64,000 nucleotides of DNA from assembly GCA_965248355.1 (NCBI GenBank), contig OZ252098.1, positions 2,464,001 through 2,528,000 on the forward strand. Direction: 5' to 3'. Of the stretch, positions 30,420 through 39,396 are shown piece by piece; the first letter of the stretch is position 1, and each line of letters starts with the position of its first letter. The DNA comes from Candidatus Latescibacterota bacterium. GTDB taxonomy: Bacteria; Latescibacterota; UBA2968; UBA8231. The position numbers and the translations under genes were made by a program. The notes beneath the pieces were generated by a model. The model made no database searches and had not been told where the DNA came from. It worked only from the letters and a program-made list of their open reading frames with translations.

Positions 30420-31310
30420 TCAACTGCGGACACCGGGCAGGCGCTCGACAAGCTCCTCCATCCACTCGTCCGCACCCCCGTGACCGGCGAATCCCGCCTC
30501 GATATCGGCTTCGGTGTGTGAATCGGAACCGCCCGTCGACACGAGTCCGTGCTCGACGCAGTAGGCCCGGTAGAATGGGGTGACCTCCCTCGGGACCAGG
30601 GGGTGGGCGCACTCGATGCCGTCGAAGCCGATCTCCTCCCGCAGGGCGTCCATGCGCGTGCGGTTCCCCTGGTCGAAGCTGTCGTGAGGATGGGCGATCG
30701 ACACCACCGCTCCCAGTCTCTTCACGGCAGGAACCACCTCCGCCACCGGAGGATAAGTGGGCGCCCCTCCCAGCTCCTTGGCCCTGGCGCGGAAGGCGTT
30801 GAATTCTGCCTCACCGGCTATCTTGCCGGTCTCCAGGAGGTAGCTCCGCAGCACCTCTCCCTTCACCTGGGTGAGTCCCTGCCGGCCCACGACATCGGCA
30901 GGACGATGTGACTTGGCGAGGTCCATGAGACCGTCCTCGTCGATGTCGCAGCCCAGCTCGCGCAGGCCCCTCACGACCGCCCGGCCCGTCTGCATCCGCC
31001 ATTCCCGGTACCGGCGCAGCACCTCCCGCATCTCCGGCGGCTGCGACAGCGGGAAGCCGTGGCAGAGCAGGTCGATCTCGCCGATCGAGGTGTGGACGGT
31101 CAGCTCGGCCGAGGGGATCGGAGTGACTTCCGGGTAGCCGGCCGCGGCCGCGAGCAGTTCCGCCAGGGAATCGAGGTGGTAGTGCTCGGTGAGGGCGATC
31201 CACCGAACCCCGAGGCGGCGCGCCCGGCGGAGGTGGCTCTCCGGCTCGGCGGAGGCGTCGTGGCTCCAGTAGCTGTGGAGATGCAGATCGTAGCTGGCGT
31301 GAGTGTTCAT
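30420..31310 (-). CDS. PHP-domain metal-dependent phosphoesterase
   Basis: DLHLHSYWSHD, ALTEH, IAHPH, DGIECAHP, TGGSDSH. Confidence 0.9.
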   Translation of the reverse strand: MNTHASYDLHLHSYWSHDASAEPESHLRRARRLGVRWIALTEHYHLDSLAELLAAAAGYPEVTPIPSAELTVHTSIGEIDLLCHGFPLSQPPEMREVLRRYREWRMQTGRAVVRGLRELGCDIDEDGLMDLAKSHRPADVVGRQGLTQVKGEVLRSYLLETGKIAGEAEFNAFRARAKELGGAPTYPPVAEVVPAVKRLGAVVSIAHPHDSFDQGNRTRMDALREEIGFDGIECAHPLVPREVTPFYRAYCVEHGLVSTGGSDSHTEADIEAGFAGHGGADEWMEELVERLPGVRS

Positions 31311-31319
31311 GATCGCAGG

Positions 31320-32138
31320 TTACCGAAAGCGGCCCGTCGCAACGGCCTTCACCTGTCCCCAGCTGCGGGGCCTGACGGCGGTCGCAATCTCCCTCAGACG
31401 GACGTACACGGGCTCGGATTCCTTATCCGCTGAAAACGCGGCGATGGCGAATACCGCGTCGCCGTCATCTGGTTCGTCGACCATCCATTGGACAATGGGC
31501 TCCGTGGCTACGACTGCTACCCACGGAACGAGAGCCAACTGAGGCTCATCGTGGTGGATCGTCTTCCCGTCCTCGTCCATCTCCTTGTAGATCATATATC
31601 CCACGGCGCCCTCCACCGCCGACCAGAAGATGACATAGGTAGGTCTTCCGTCAGGCAAGGTGGCTGCCTCCACCCACACCGAGTCCGGCGGCGGCGGGGG
31701 CGGAATCTCAGGAACACGGACATACACAAATTCGGACTCCTCGTCCCCCTGAACGGTAGCGATGGCGAAGACCGCGGCCTCCCCGCCCAGTGTAGTGGCC
31801 ATCCACTCGACAACGGGCTCGGCGGGCTCCACGAAGCCCCAGGGCACCAGGGCCGACTTCGGGTGCTCCAACTCGACGATGTTGCCGTCCTGGTCAAGGC
31901 CGCTGGTGACCAGTATCGCCCGGAATATCCGATACCCCTCCGCGCCCTCCACGGCCGTCCAGTAGACGATGTGGCCGGGCCTTCCGTCAGGCCACGTCGC
32001 CGGCTCTACCCACACCGAGTCCGGCGGCATGGGTTGAGCGAGGGTTGGATCGGAGAACAGGAGCAGGGGGAGGCAGATCCGCATCGCTCGGGCAACTCTC
32101 CGATCCACTGGTGTTCTCCTCTGCGCCAACCGGTGCAT
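31320..32138 (-). CDS. Secreted protein with two tandem ~105-aa FN3-like repeats and a C-terminal TAVRPRSWGQVK motif
   Basis: PPDSVWVE...W.AVEGA.GY.I...ALVPW...AVFAIA....ESE.VYVR occurs twice; signal-like MRICLPLLLFSDPTLAQ (alternative start 32084). Confidence 0.75.
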   Translation of the reverse strand: MHRLAQRRTPVDRRVARAMRICLPLLLFSDPTLAQPMPPDSVWVEPATWPDGRPGHIVYWTAVEGAEGYRIFRAILVTSGLDQDGNIVELEHPKSALVPWGFVEPAEPVVEWMATTLGGEAAVFAIATVQGDEESEFVYVRVPEIPPPPPPDSVWVEAATLPDGRPTYVIFWSAVEGAVGYMIYKEMDEDGKTIHHDEPQLALVPWVAVVATEPIVQWMVDEPDDGDAVFAIAAFSADKESEPVYVRLREIATAVRPRSWGQVKAVATGRFR

Positions 32139-32590
32139 TAGTTCCTAGGCGTCACGTCGGGAAAGAAGGCGGCGATGATCTTCCACTCGCCCTCGATCCG
32201 CCCCGTGAACCACACATTGTTGGTGTGGTCCCAGCGGACGTATACCTGGCCGCTGTCCGACCGCCAGCACCCGGACTCCCGCACGACGGAGATGGCCATG
32301 TTCCCGCGGACCTCCGTCTTCAGGATCTCCTGCTCCTGCTCGTAGTTGGCGCCCTCGGGCATACGGGTTTCGCCCCACTCCTGCATTTCGCTCTGCATCA
32401 AGAACAGGTGGGGCACCCAGTCCATGGGATCCTTCGACTTGCACCCGAACCAGCGAAGATAGCTCTCGTCGTGGCAGGCGCGGACCGCGTCCCAGTCCTG
32501 CTCCTTGTGGGCCTGCTGGTAGCGGTTCAGCAGACGGTGGATCTCTTCGATATCGGTCTCGTCTCCGTCCCTGTCGCTGCGGTCAGTCAC
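32138..32590 (-). CDS. NTF2/SnoaL-like (DUF4440-like) protein
   Basis: IEEIHRLLNRYQQAHKEQDWDAV...GNMAISVV...RIEGEWKIIA; GTG start after AAGGAGG. Confidence 0.75.
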   Translation of the reverse strand: MTDRSDRDGDETDIEEIHRLLNRYQQAHKEQDWDAVRACHDESYLRWFGCKSKDPMDWVPHLFLMQSEMQEWGETRMPEGANYEQEQEILKTEVRGNMAISVVRESGCWRSDSGQVYVRWDHTNNVWFTGRIEGEWKIIAAFFPDVTPRN

Positions 32591-32987
32591 TTGGCCCTCC
32601 TTGGACATCTGCGGTGAAGGTATAGCCCACGCCGACCGGCACCTCGCGTCTGTCGATCTTGCGGACCACCGACTCCCCAGCTCTCGCTGCCGCCGCGGAC
32701 GAGACCGCCCGGCCGTGGCCCTCCTGGGCGGAGGTAGTGGGAATGACGACCGCACAGTCACCGACGTACACGGCCGAGATCGTGCATCCCAGCCCGTTCT
32801 TCAACTCTTCCACCCGGGCGGAGAAGGCTTTCAGCAGTTCCCTCCGGCGGCGCGGATCGCCTTCCCTCTGCAACAAGCGGCCCAGGGTCTTCGCGGCGAG
32901 GTGATCCGGATCGGCGGGGTGGTACGCGGCCAGCAGCTGTGACAGTTCGTCCCCCGCTCGAGGGTGCTCTGGTTTCATAGCCCTCAC
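32583..32987 (-). CDS. Hypothetical protein coupled to the ECF sigma gene (possible anti-sigma)
   Basis: GTGA overlap with the sigma stop; overlaps the next gene's start; no recognised domain. Confidence 0.55.
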   Translation of the reverse strand: MRAMKPEHPRAGDELSQLLAAYHPADPDHLAAKTLGRLLQREGDPRRRRELLKAFSARVEELKNGLGCTISAVYVGDCAVVIPTTSAQEGHGRAVSSAAAARAGESVVRKIDRREVPVGVGYTFTADVQGGPSD

Positions 32988-33384
32988 TCGATCAAGTCGG
33001 ACAGGTGGGCGCGCAGTTGCCGGCGCGCCGAGTGCAGACGCCAGCGGACCGCCCCTGCGGAGCAGCCCACCGTCTCGGCGATCTCCTCGTAGGAGAGGCC
33101 GTGGTACTCGCGCAAAGTCAGGACGAGGCGGCGTTGGTCGTCAAGGCTCTGGAGGGCCGATTGGATCCTGCTCGCCAGCTCGGCGTCGGGCCTCGATCCG
33201 GCCTCCATGAGCTCCCGGTCGAGAGCGATGTCGCCCTCGATCGACAGGTGCCGCCGGCGCTGGCGGTACTTGTGGTGGTCGCGGACCAGGTTGCTGGCGA
33301 TGGCCCAGAACCACGAGCGGAAACGCCTCGGATCCTGTAGGCCCCGGAGGGACTCGTAGACGCGCACGAAGGTCTCCTGCGCTA
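32984..33384 (-). pseudogene. ECF RNA polymerase sigma factor, 5'-truncated at an IS630 insertion
   Basis: LAQETFVRVY...FRSWFWAIASNLVRD (region 2) and LTLREYHGLSYEEIAETVGCSAGAVRWRLHSARRQL (region 4). The N-terminus is not recovered beyond the other IS end. Confidence 0.88.
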
Positions 33385-34965
33385 GTGTCCTGTCGCAGAG
33401 ATGCGCTCACAAAGTCTCTTGACTTTCGCGAGGATGGAATCGGCCGTCGCCGTCCACACGAAGGGCTTGGCGTTGGCGTTCCATTGGGCCGTGAACCGTT
33501 CGATCCGCCCGACGAGCTCCGAGACCTTTCGAAACGAGCCGCGCCGAATCGCCTGGCGGGTGAGGATATTGAACCAGATCTCCACTTGATTGAGCCACGA
33601 AGCATACGTAGGAGTGTAGTGAACGTGAAACCGGGGCCGCCGGGCCAGCCATCGCTTGACCTTGACATGCTTATGGGTGGCGTAGTTGTCGACGACGAGA
33701 TGAATCTCGAGGTCCGCGGGCACGTTGGCCTCGATGTGGCGTAGGAACTGGAGGTATTCCTGGTGACGATGACGGGATTTGCACTGAGTCATCACTTTGC
33801 CGCTGGCCACATCCAAGGCGGCAAACAGGGTGGTCGTGCCGTGCCGCTTGTAGTCGTGCGTCATGCCTTCCACGGATCCCAGGCCCAAGGGCAGCATCGG
33901 CTGACTTCGTTCCAACGCCTGGATCTGGCTCTTCTCGTCGACGCACAGGACCATGGCGTGCTCGGGGGGATTCATGTACAAGCCGGCGAGATCCCGTACT
34001 TTGTCCACGAAGAAAGGATCGGGGGACAGCTTGAAATGCTTGTGTCGGTGGGGCTGCAACCCATAGGTGTCAAGGGACAGCCAGATTCGCGCAGTTAGGG
34101 GACACGTAGATTCGCGCACCCCGGATGATCGGGGTCGGTGGTACCGGATCGGTTTTTCTCCCTCCTGAGGTGAGGCGTGGCACCAGGAACGGGGATCGGC
34201 AACGCACCCCGGGTCGGACGCCCCGGTCCCAGCCAGTGACCCTCGTCGAACGAGGGAATGAGATGTCCGCAGTGGTTCGACCATTCTCAGCCCGTGTCAT
34301 CGGTCCTGGGCGAGCTGCTGTTCCATGTCCCGGAGGCGGAAGCTTCGGCCGTCGATCTGCAGGACATGGCAGTAGTGCAGCAGACGATCCAGGATGGCCG
34401 TGGCCAGGACCTCGTCGCCGGCCAGCATCTCCGGCCATTCGCGGATGCTCTTGTTGGAGGTGATCAGGGTGCTGCCCCGCTCGTAGCGATGGTTGATGAC
34501 CTTGAACAGCAGGTGAGCCTGGTGCCGGTCCAGGGCCTGGAAGCCGAGCTCGTCGATGATCAACAGACTGGTGGTCATGTACTTGCGCCGGTGCAGCCGC
34601 TGGCCATCGGCGGCCTCGTCGCGGCGGGCCACGTCGACCAGGTGGTCGGCGCTCATGAAGGCCACGGAGAAGCCGTTTTGCACCGCCTTGACGCCCAGCC
34701 CGGCCGCCAGGTGGGACTTGCCCACCCCCGGGGGGCCCAGCAGCAGCACCACCTCCTTGCGGCGCACGAACTCGGAGGTGGCCAACAGGTCGATCTGGCT
34801 CTTGTCGACGCTGTGCTGGAAGGCGAAGTCGAAGGTGTCCAGGGTCTTGCCCCCCGGCAGGCCGGAGAGCTTGAGGCCGGTGCGCACGCGGCGCTCCTCG
34901 CGCGACTCCTGCTCCCGCTGGCAGACCAGGTGCAGGAACTTGGGCAGACTCAGCTCTTCCTTGAC

Positions 34966-36602
34966 GTAACCGTTCAGTCTCCAGGCTGATGGAGCCGGAG
35001 GCGTGGTGCGGAGAGGCCTACCGAAGGACGGAGCTGGTTTGGGGCAGCAACGACGGCGCCGGCTGTTGATGCAGGGCGGCGTGACAGGCCGTCGTGAGAT
35101 CGTCGAGGACGCTGCGCTGTTGCTGGCGCAGGGTGTCGCGCACCGTGAGCAGGCGCTCCACGAAGCGGCTGCCGTCGGCACTGTGGGTGCCGAAGCTGGT
35201 GTGGCGCCACAACACGCCATGACGAAGGGCTCGTTCGGCCTCGTTGTTGGTCGGCTCGACGCCTTCCCGACGGGCGAAGGTCCACAGCGCCGGCCCCAAG
35301 TCGAGGAGGTTGGCGCAGGTGGCCGCGGTCGAGGCATCGGCGAACTGCTGCCCAAACCACAAGGCCAGACGAACGCGCCCCCGCAGAGTGCGGACATCGA
35401 CCTGGAAGCTGGAGCGTTGCAGGGTGCCGTCGCGCACTCGATGCCACCAGGTGAACATCTGATCGGTGGATTCCAGCAACTGCTGGCCGACGCCGGCGGC
35501 CGGTCCGGCGCGGGCCGAAAAGTCCTCGAAGGTGCGCCGCAGGTGGGCCCAGCACACTTGCCGGCGCGCCGGCGGCCGATGCCCGTAGGCCGAGTACCGG
35601 TCCGAGCCGACCCCCGCCGGGCTGTCGGCGCCGAGCAACTCCTCGACCACCTCCCGGCCGCGGCTGGGGCGAATGGCGAAGACCGAGACGCCCTCTGTCA
35701 CCGCGGTCCACAACCAGGCCCGGCCCCGGCGCTGCCGCCAGCCCGTCTCGTCCACATTGACTCGGGGCTGTTGGCGAACGTAGGCGCAAGCTTCTTGCAT
35801 CGGTTCGGCCAGCGCCGCCGACACCTCTTGCTGCAACGCGCTGACCGTGCCCACCGACAGCTCGACGCCAAAGGCGTCGGACAACAGGGCTGCGATGTTG
35901 CGATGACTCAAGCGGTAGGCGCCGGCCCGCAGGCCGACCCAGGCCTGCACGCTGGGCCCGAAGGTGCGCCGGGACACCCCCGCGGGCCAGTCGGCTTCGG
36001 TCAGCACGTCGCAGGCCGGACAACGCAGCGTGTGCAGCTGATACTCGAGGACCTCGGCTCGCACCGGCGGGATCACGACCTGCTGGTGACGCCGCGGATG
36101 GGGGTCCTCGCCCGTGAGCCGCTGCCCGCATCGGTGGCAGGCGCCGGGCTTGACCGGGATCCACTGGTCCACGCGCCCGGCCGGCATCAGCGCCCGGCCA
36201 TGGCCTTCGTGCCCCGGCGGTCCTCCCGGCGAGCGTCCCGAGGATCGACGCCGGCGGGGGCGGTCGCTGTCCGAGGAGGCCGAGGCTTGGGCGCCGCGGC
36301 GGCTTCGGCCCTGGCGCCGGGCCAGTTCCTGCTCCAAGGCGGCGATGCGGGCGGCCTGTTGCTCCACGATCTGCTCCAGATGCGCCACCCGCTCCCCCAA
36401 GCGGACCACCGCCTCCTGCACCGACGGCGGCGTGCGTTGCCAGTCGCGGTCGGACACCGAAATCTGAGGGGGACTCTCCACGGCCTTGCCCGGGGTCAAA
36501 GGACGCTGTGCCAGCTACCGGTCCCAAGATACCCACAAAGGCCAAATCAGAACAGCGATTTTTCAACATCCGGCTTGGCGCCGTAGGGGACTGAACGGTT
36601 AC
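34966..36602 (-). mobile_element. IS66-family single-ORF (ISBst12-like) element, 1637 bp
   Basis: Perfect 14-bp IR GTAACCGTTCAGTC; 8-bp TSD TCCTTGAC at 34958..34965 and 36603..36610. Confidence 0.93.
35018..36499 (-). CDS. IS66-family transposase
   Basis: Zn finger CHRC/CPAC, VDETGW, SDRYSAY, CWAHLRR, PTNNEAERALR. Confidence 0.92.
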   Translation of the reverse strand: MTPGKAVESPPQISVSDRDWQRTPPSVQEAVVRLGERVAHLEQIVEQQAARIAALEQELARRQGRSRRGAQASASSDSDRPRRRRSSGRSPGGPPGHEGHGRALMPAGRVDQWIPVKPGACHRCGQRLTGEDPHPRRHQQVVIPPVRAEVLEYQLHTLRCPACDVLTEADWPAGVSRRTFGPSVQAWVGLRAGAYRLSHRNIAALLSDAFGVELSVGTVSALQQEVSAALAEPMQEACAYVRQQPRVNVDETGWRQRRGRAWLWTAVTEGVSVFAIRPSRGREVVEELLGADSPAGVGSDRYSAYGHRPPARRQVCWAHLRRTFEDFSARAGPAAGVGQQLLESTDQMFTWWHRVRDGTLQRSSFQVDVRTLRGRVRLALWFGQQFADASTAATCANLLDLGPALWTFARREGVEPTNNEAERALRHGVLWRHTSFGTHSADGSRFVERLLTVRDTLRQQQRSVLDDLTTACHAALHQQPAPSLLPQTSSVLR

Positions 36603-36720
36603 TCCTTGACGGCCCGCTCCAGCAGCTCCGGCAGACTCTGGGAGACCCATTCCAGGCCGAGCTGCGTCAGCAGGGCGCGGGTGTCGTCCAACTCGCTCTG
36701 GGAGGGAGCCCGGGCGGCCA

Positions 36721-38022
36721 TCAGCTCCGCCTCCCGGCGCGCTCCACCAGCGCCGCGTAGCCGTCGAGGGGCCGGGTGGGCGCCTGCCAGTCCCAGCTTT
36801 TGGGCAGCACGATCCGCTGGCCGATGCGGCCCAGGGGCGTGGGCGCCTCGAGATGATCCGGCGGCGCGCCCTCGTAACACCGTTGATCGATGAGAAGGCG
36901 GCAGGCCGTATGGCGCGGATAGCTCATCACACAGCGGTCCTCGACGTAGATCTCGACGGTGGCGGCGCAGCCGCGCACCTGCACGGCGCGGCCCACACAG
37001 GCGAAGGGCACGCCGTATTCGCGGCCGTCGAAGCGCACCAGGCCGTCGCGGCCCACCGGCCGCTGCACCTGGGTGTCGAAGGGCGTGGGCAAGGTCTTCG
37101 GCAGCGGCGCCAGGTGAGGCCGTTCCAGCCGCCAGGAATCGGCCACCGACTGGCCGGTCAGTGGACAGCGCAGGCGCTCGGCCGACCCCCGCACCCGCCG
37201 ATCCGAGATCGTCTGCAAGTCGGCCAGGGTCTCGAAGCGCTCGTTGCGCCGGATCAGATTCCAGCGCACGTCGCGCACCCGCCGCTCGACCTTGCCCTTG
37301 TCGGTGGGCCGGCGGATCCGGCAGGCGTCGGGCACGAAGCCCAGCTGCCGGGCGTAGGCGGCGTAGTCGTCGTTGAGGATCGCCCACGGCCCGCCGCGGC
37401 GGGCCACGGCGGTCTTGCAGTTGTCGAAACGCACGCTCCAGGGCACCCCCTGCACCGCCTCGAAGGCGCGATTGTGGGCTTCCTGCCAGGACAGCTGACC
37501 CTGATCGAGCCGCCACTGCACCGACCACATGCGCGAAAAGCTCAGCGACAGGCTGAAGGCGTTCAGCCGCGTGCGGCCGCCCAGCTCACGCACGTGCACC
37601 CAGGGCTCGACCCAGTCCACCTGCGCCTGGCTGCCCGGCCGCACCTCCACCCGCCGCAGGGGGCGCACCTTGGGCGGCCGACGGCGACGGCAAACATAGC
37701 GGGCCACCGCCTTGTAGGTCCCTTGGTAGCCGTGCTCGCGGACCAGGGTGTCGTAGAGAGCCCGCACCGGCTCCGGCCGCTGGCCCTCCTGCAGGCGCTG
37801 TTGCTGCGACTCCATCCAGGCCTGAATCACCCCATCGTGGGCCGCGCACGCCTCCGGCTTGTGCCGGCGCCCGTCCACCGCCCCCTCGGCTCGACGCTTG
37901 AGCCGGTAGCGAAGCGTGCTCTCGGCGACCCCCAACTCCTGGGCCGTCGAGCGAACGCTACGACCGCACTCGGCGGTCAATACTTGCGCACACACGAGAT
38001 CTGCCTCCCGCAACTTGGTCAT
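36721..38022 (-). CDS. istA: IS21-family transposase IstA
   Basis: PGSQAQVDW, LSFSR, FDNCKTAV, PTDKGKVER. Confidence 0.92.
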   Translation of the reverse strand: MTKLREADLVCAQVLTAECGRSVRSTAQELGVAESTLRYRLKRRAEGAVDGRRHKPEACAAHDGVIQAWMESQQQRLQEGQRPEPVRALYDTLVREHGYQGTYKAVARYVCRRRRPPKVRPLRRVEVRPGSQAQVDWVEPWVHVRELGGRTRLNAFSLSLSFSRMWSVQWRLDQGQLSWQEAHNRAFEAVQGVPWSVRFDNCKTAVARRGGPWAILNDDYAAYARQLGFVPDACRIRRPTDKGKVERRVRDVRWNLIRRNERFETLADLQTISDRRVRGSAERLRCPLTGQSVADSWRLERPHLAPLPKTLPTPFDTQVQRPVGRDGLVRFDGREYGVPFACVGRAVQVRGCAATVEIYVEDRCVMSYPRHTACRLLIDQRCYEGAPPDHLEAPTPLGRIGQRIVLPKSWDWQAPTRPLDGYAALVERAGRRS

Positions 38023-38768
38023 GCCCGGCCCCCTTGGCTGAGGAACGATTCCTCCAAGGATGGCGCCGGACGCCAGATCGAGGGGTGCGCGAAAGTAGAT
38101 GTCCCTTAAGAGCGAAAATCGGTGGATTCCTTACAATAGGTGCGCCAAATGCGATGGACCGCGTCCTTGGTCAGGCCGGTCTCCTTTCCCATGGAGCGCA
38201 CCGACCACTGGGTCTGGTCCTGGGGCTTGGTCTTCAGCGTCTTGTAGACCACCTCGGCGACCTGCTCGTCCGTGATCGATCGCGGCGCCCCGGGGCGCAG
38301 CTCATCGTGCAAGCCGGCAAGCCCGTGGTCGAGAAAGCGTCGACGCCACTTGCCGACCGTCACGCGCGACACCCCCACGGCCGCCGCGACCGCTTCATTC
38401 GGCCAGCCGTCGGCGGCCAGCAGAACCATCTCGGCTCGCCGCACCAACCCGTGGGGAAGGCTCCGGGATCGGGCCATCGATTCCAATTGCTCTCGGTCCG
38501 ACGGACTCAATTCCAACGGCGGCAATGGACGCCCCATGGCAGGTCTCTCCTTTCAGAAAACGGGACAAGAGAAACCTACGGTACCATCACCTGAATGAAA
38601 AGTTATTTATACGACGAGACACTAGGCGGCAGCGCCGGCCGCCTCCAAAGCCGGTTCCCAACTACCTGGCTCCAGCACAATGAAGACGACCGCCGCTCGC
38701 AAATGGATCAGACGCCGACCTGCCCGCGGCCGGATCTCCACCGATCTGAGCTACCTCACTACCCACAT

Positions 38769-38856
38769 GGTTGCGCATATCAGACGACCCTTCAAATACC
38801 GCTTGCCGCTGTTCACGCCGGCGTATACCTTCGTCGGACAAGTGACCATGGCGCCA
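38769..38856 (+). repeat. 88-bp dispersed direct repeat, copy 2
   Basis: Matches 29880..29967; contains TTGCCG-N17-TACCTT. Confidence 0.85.
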
Positions 38857-39008
38857 CTTACCCGAACCCCCTGTTCGTCTACTGTAACACCGTGCCCCCG
38901 GCTCCGGGCCACTCGGCCCTTCGCGCAACCGCTTCGCGGTTCGGGGGCACGGAAGACGTGAAGACGGGGTTCATGTTTCGTATTTCTTTAAGGCATGGAG
39001 GTCAAAGG

Positions 39009-39233
39009 ATGAATGAACGAATCATAATCGATCCCTCGATCCGTCATGGCAAGCCAGTGGTGCGAGGGACCCGAGTGCCCGTGCACCGGATTATTGGGAG
39101 CCTTGCAGGTGGGGCAACCCCAGGAGAAGTCTGTGAGGAGTATGGCATTGTCGACGCGGATGTACGGGCCGCTCTTGAGTACGCTGAGGAACTCGTAGAA
39201 TCAGAAGAAGCTCATTCCTTACCTGCATCCTGA
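39009..39233 (+). CDS. DUF433 antitoxin
   Basis: RIIIDPSIRHGKPVVRGTRVPV...EEYGI..DVRAALEYA; GGAGG SD. Confidence 0.9.
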   Translation: MNERIIIDPSIRHGKPVVRGTRVPVHRIIGSLAGGATPGEVCEEYGIVDADVRAALEYAEELVESEEAHSLPAS

Positions 39234-39239
39234 ATCGGT

Positions 39240-39396
39240 TTGCGGTTCATCATTGACGCTGATCTTCCACGCGCAGTAGCCGGTGTGATCGCCGATTTCG
39301 ATCACGAGTCGGTTGACGTTCGGGACATAGGCATGTCAGCGTCCACTGACGAGCAGATCGCGGAGTATGCGCGCTCGAGAGAGCTGTGCTTCCTAA
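39240..39396 (+). pseudogene. DUF5615 PIN-like toxin truncated by ISAzo13
   Basis: RFIIDADLPRAV...HESVDVRDIGM...TDEQIAEYA...LCFL, then the IS end. Only TR continues recognisably after the IS. Confidence 0.82.

Larger units (their letters stand above)
34297..36721 (-). pseudogene. istB: IstB helper ATPase split by IS66
   Basis: MAARAPSQ...ERAVKE joined to ELSLPKFL...GPPGVGKSH...LLIIDELG...ITSN...AILDRLLH. Confidence 0.9.
34068..38135 (-). mobile_element. IS21-family element (istA-istB), interrupted by IS66
   Basis: TGT...ACA ends with internal TTCGCGCA repeats; 5-bp TSD ATAGG at 34063..34067 and 38136..38140. Confidence 0.92.
33385..38622 (-). mobile_element. IS630-family element, interrupted by IS21
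   Basis: IRs GTGTCCTGTCG / GTGTCTCGTCG with flanking TA (CTAG) on both sides. Transposase halves 38537..38136 (HTH...HRIWRTY) and 34067..33382 (GLQPHR...CVDEKSQIQ...VDNYATH...SWLNQVEIWF) rejoin. Confidence 0.92.
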
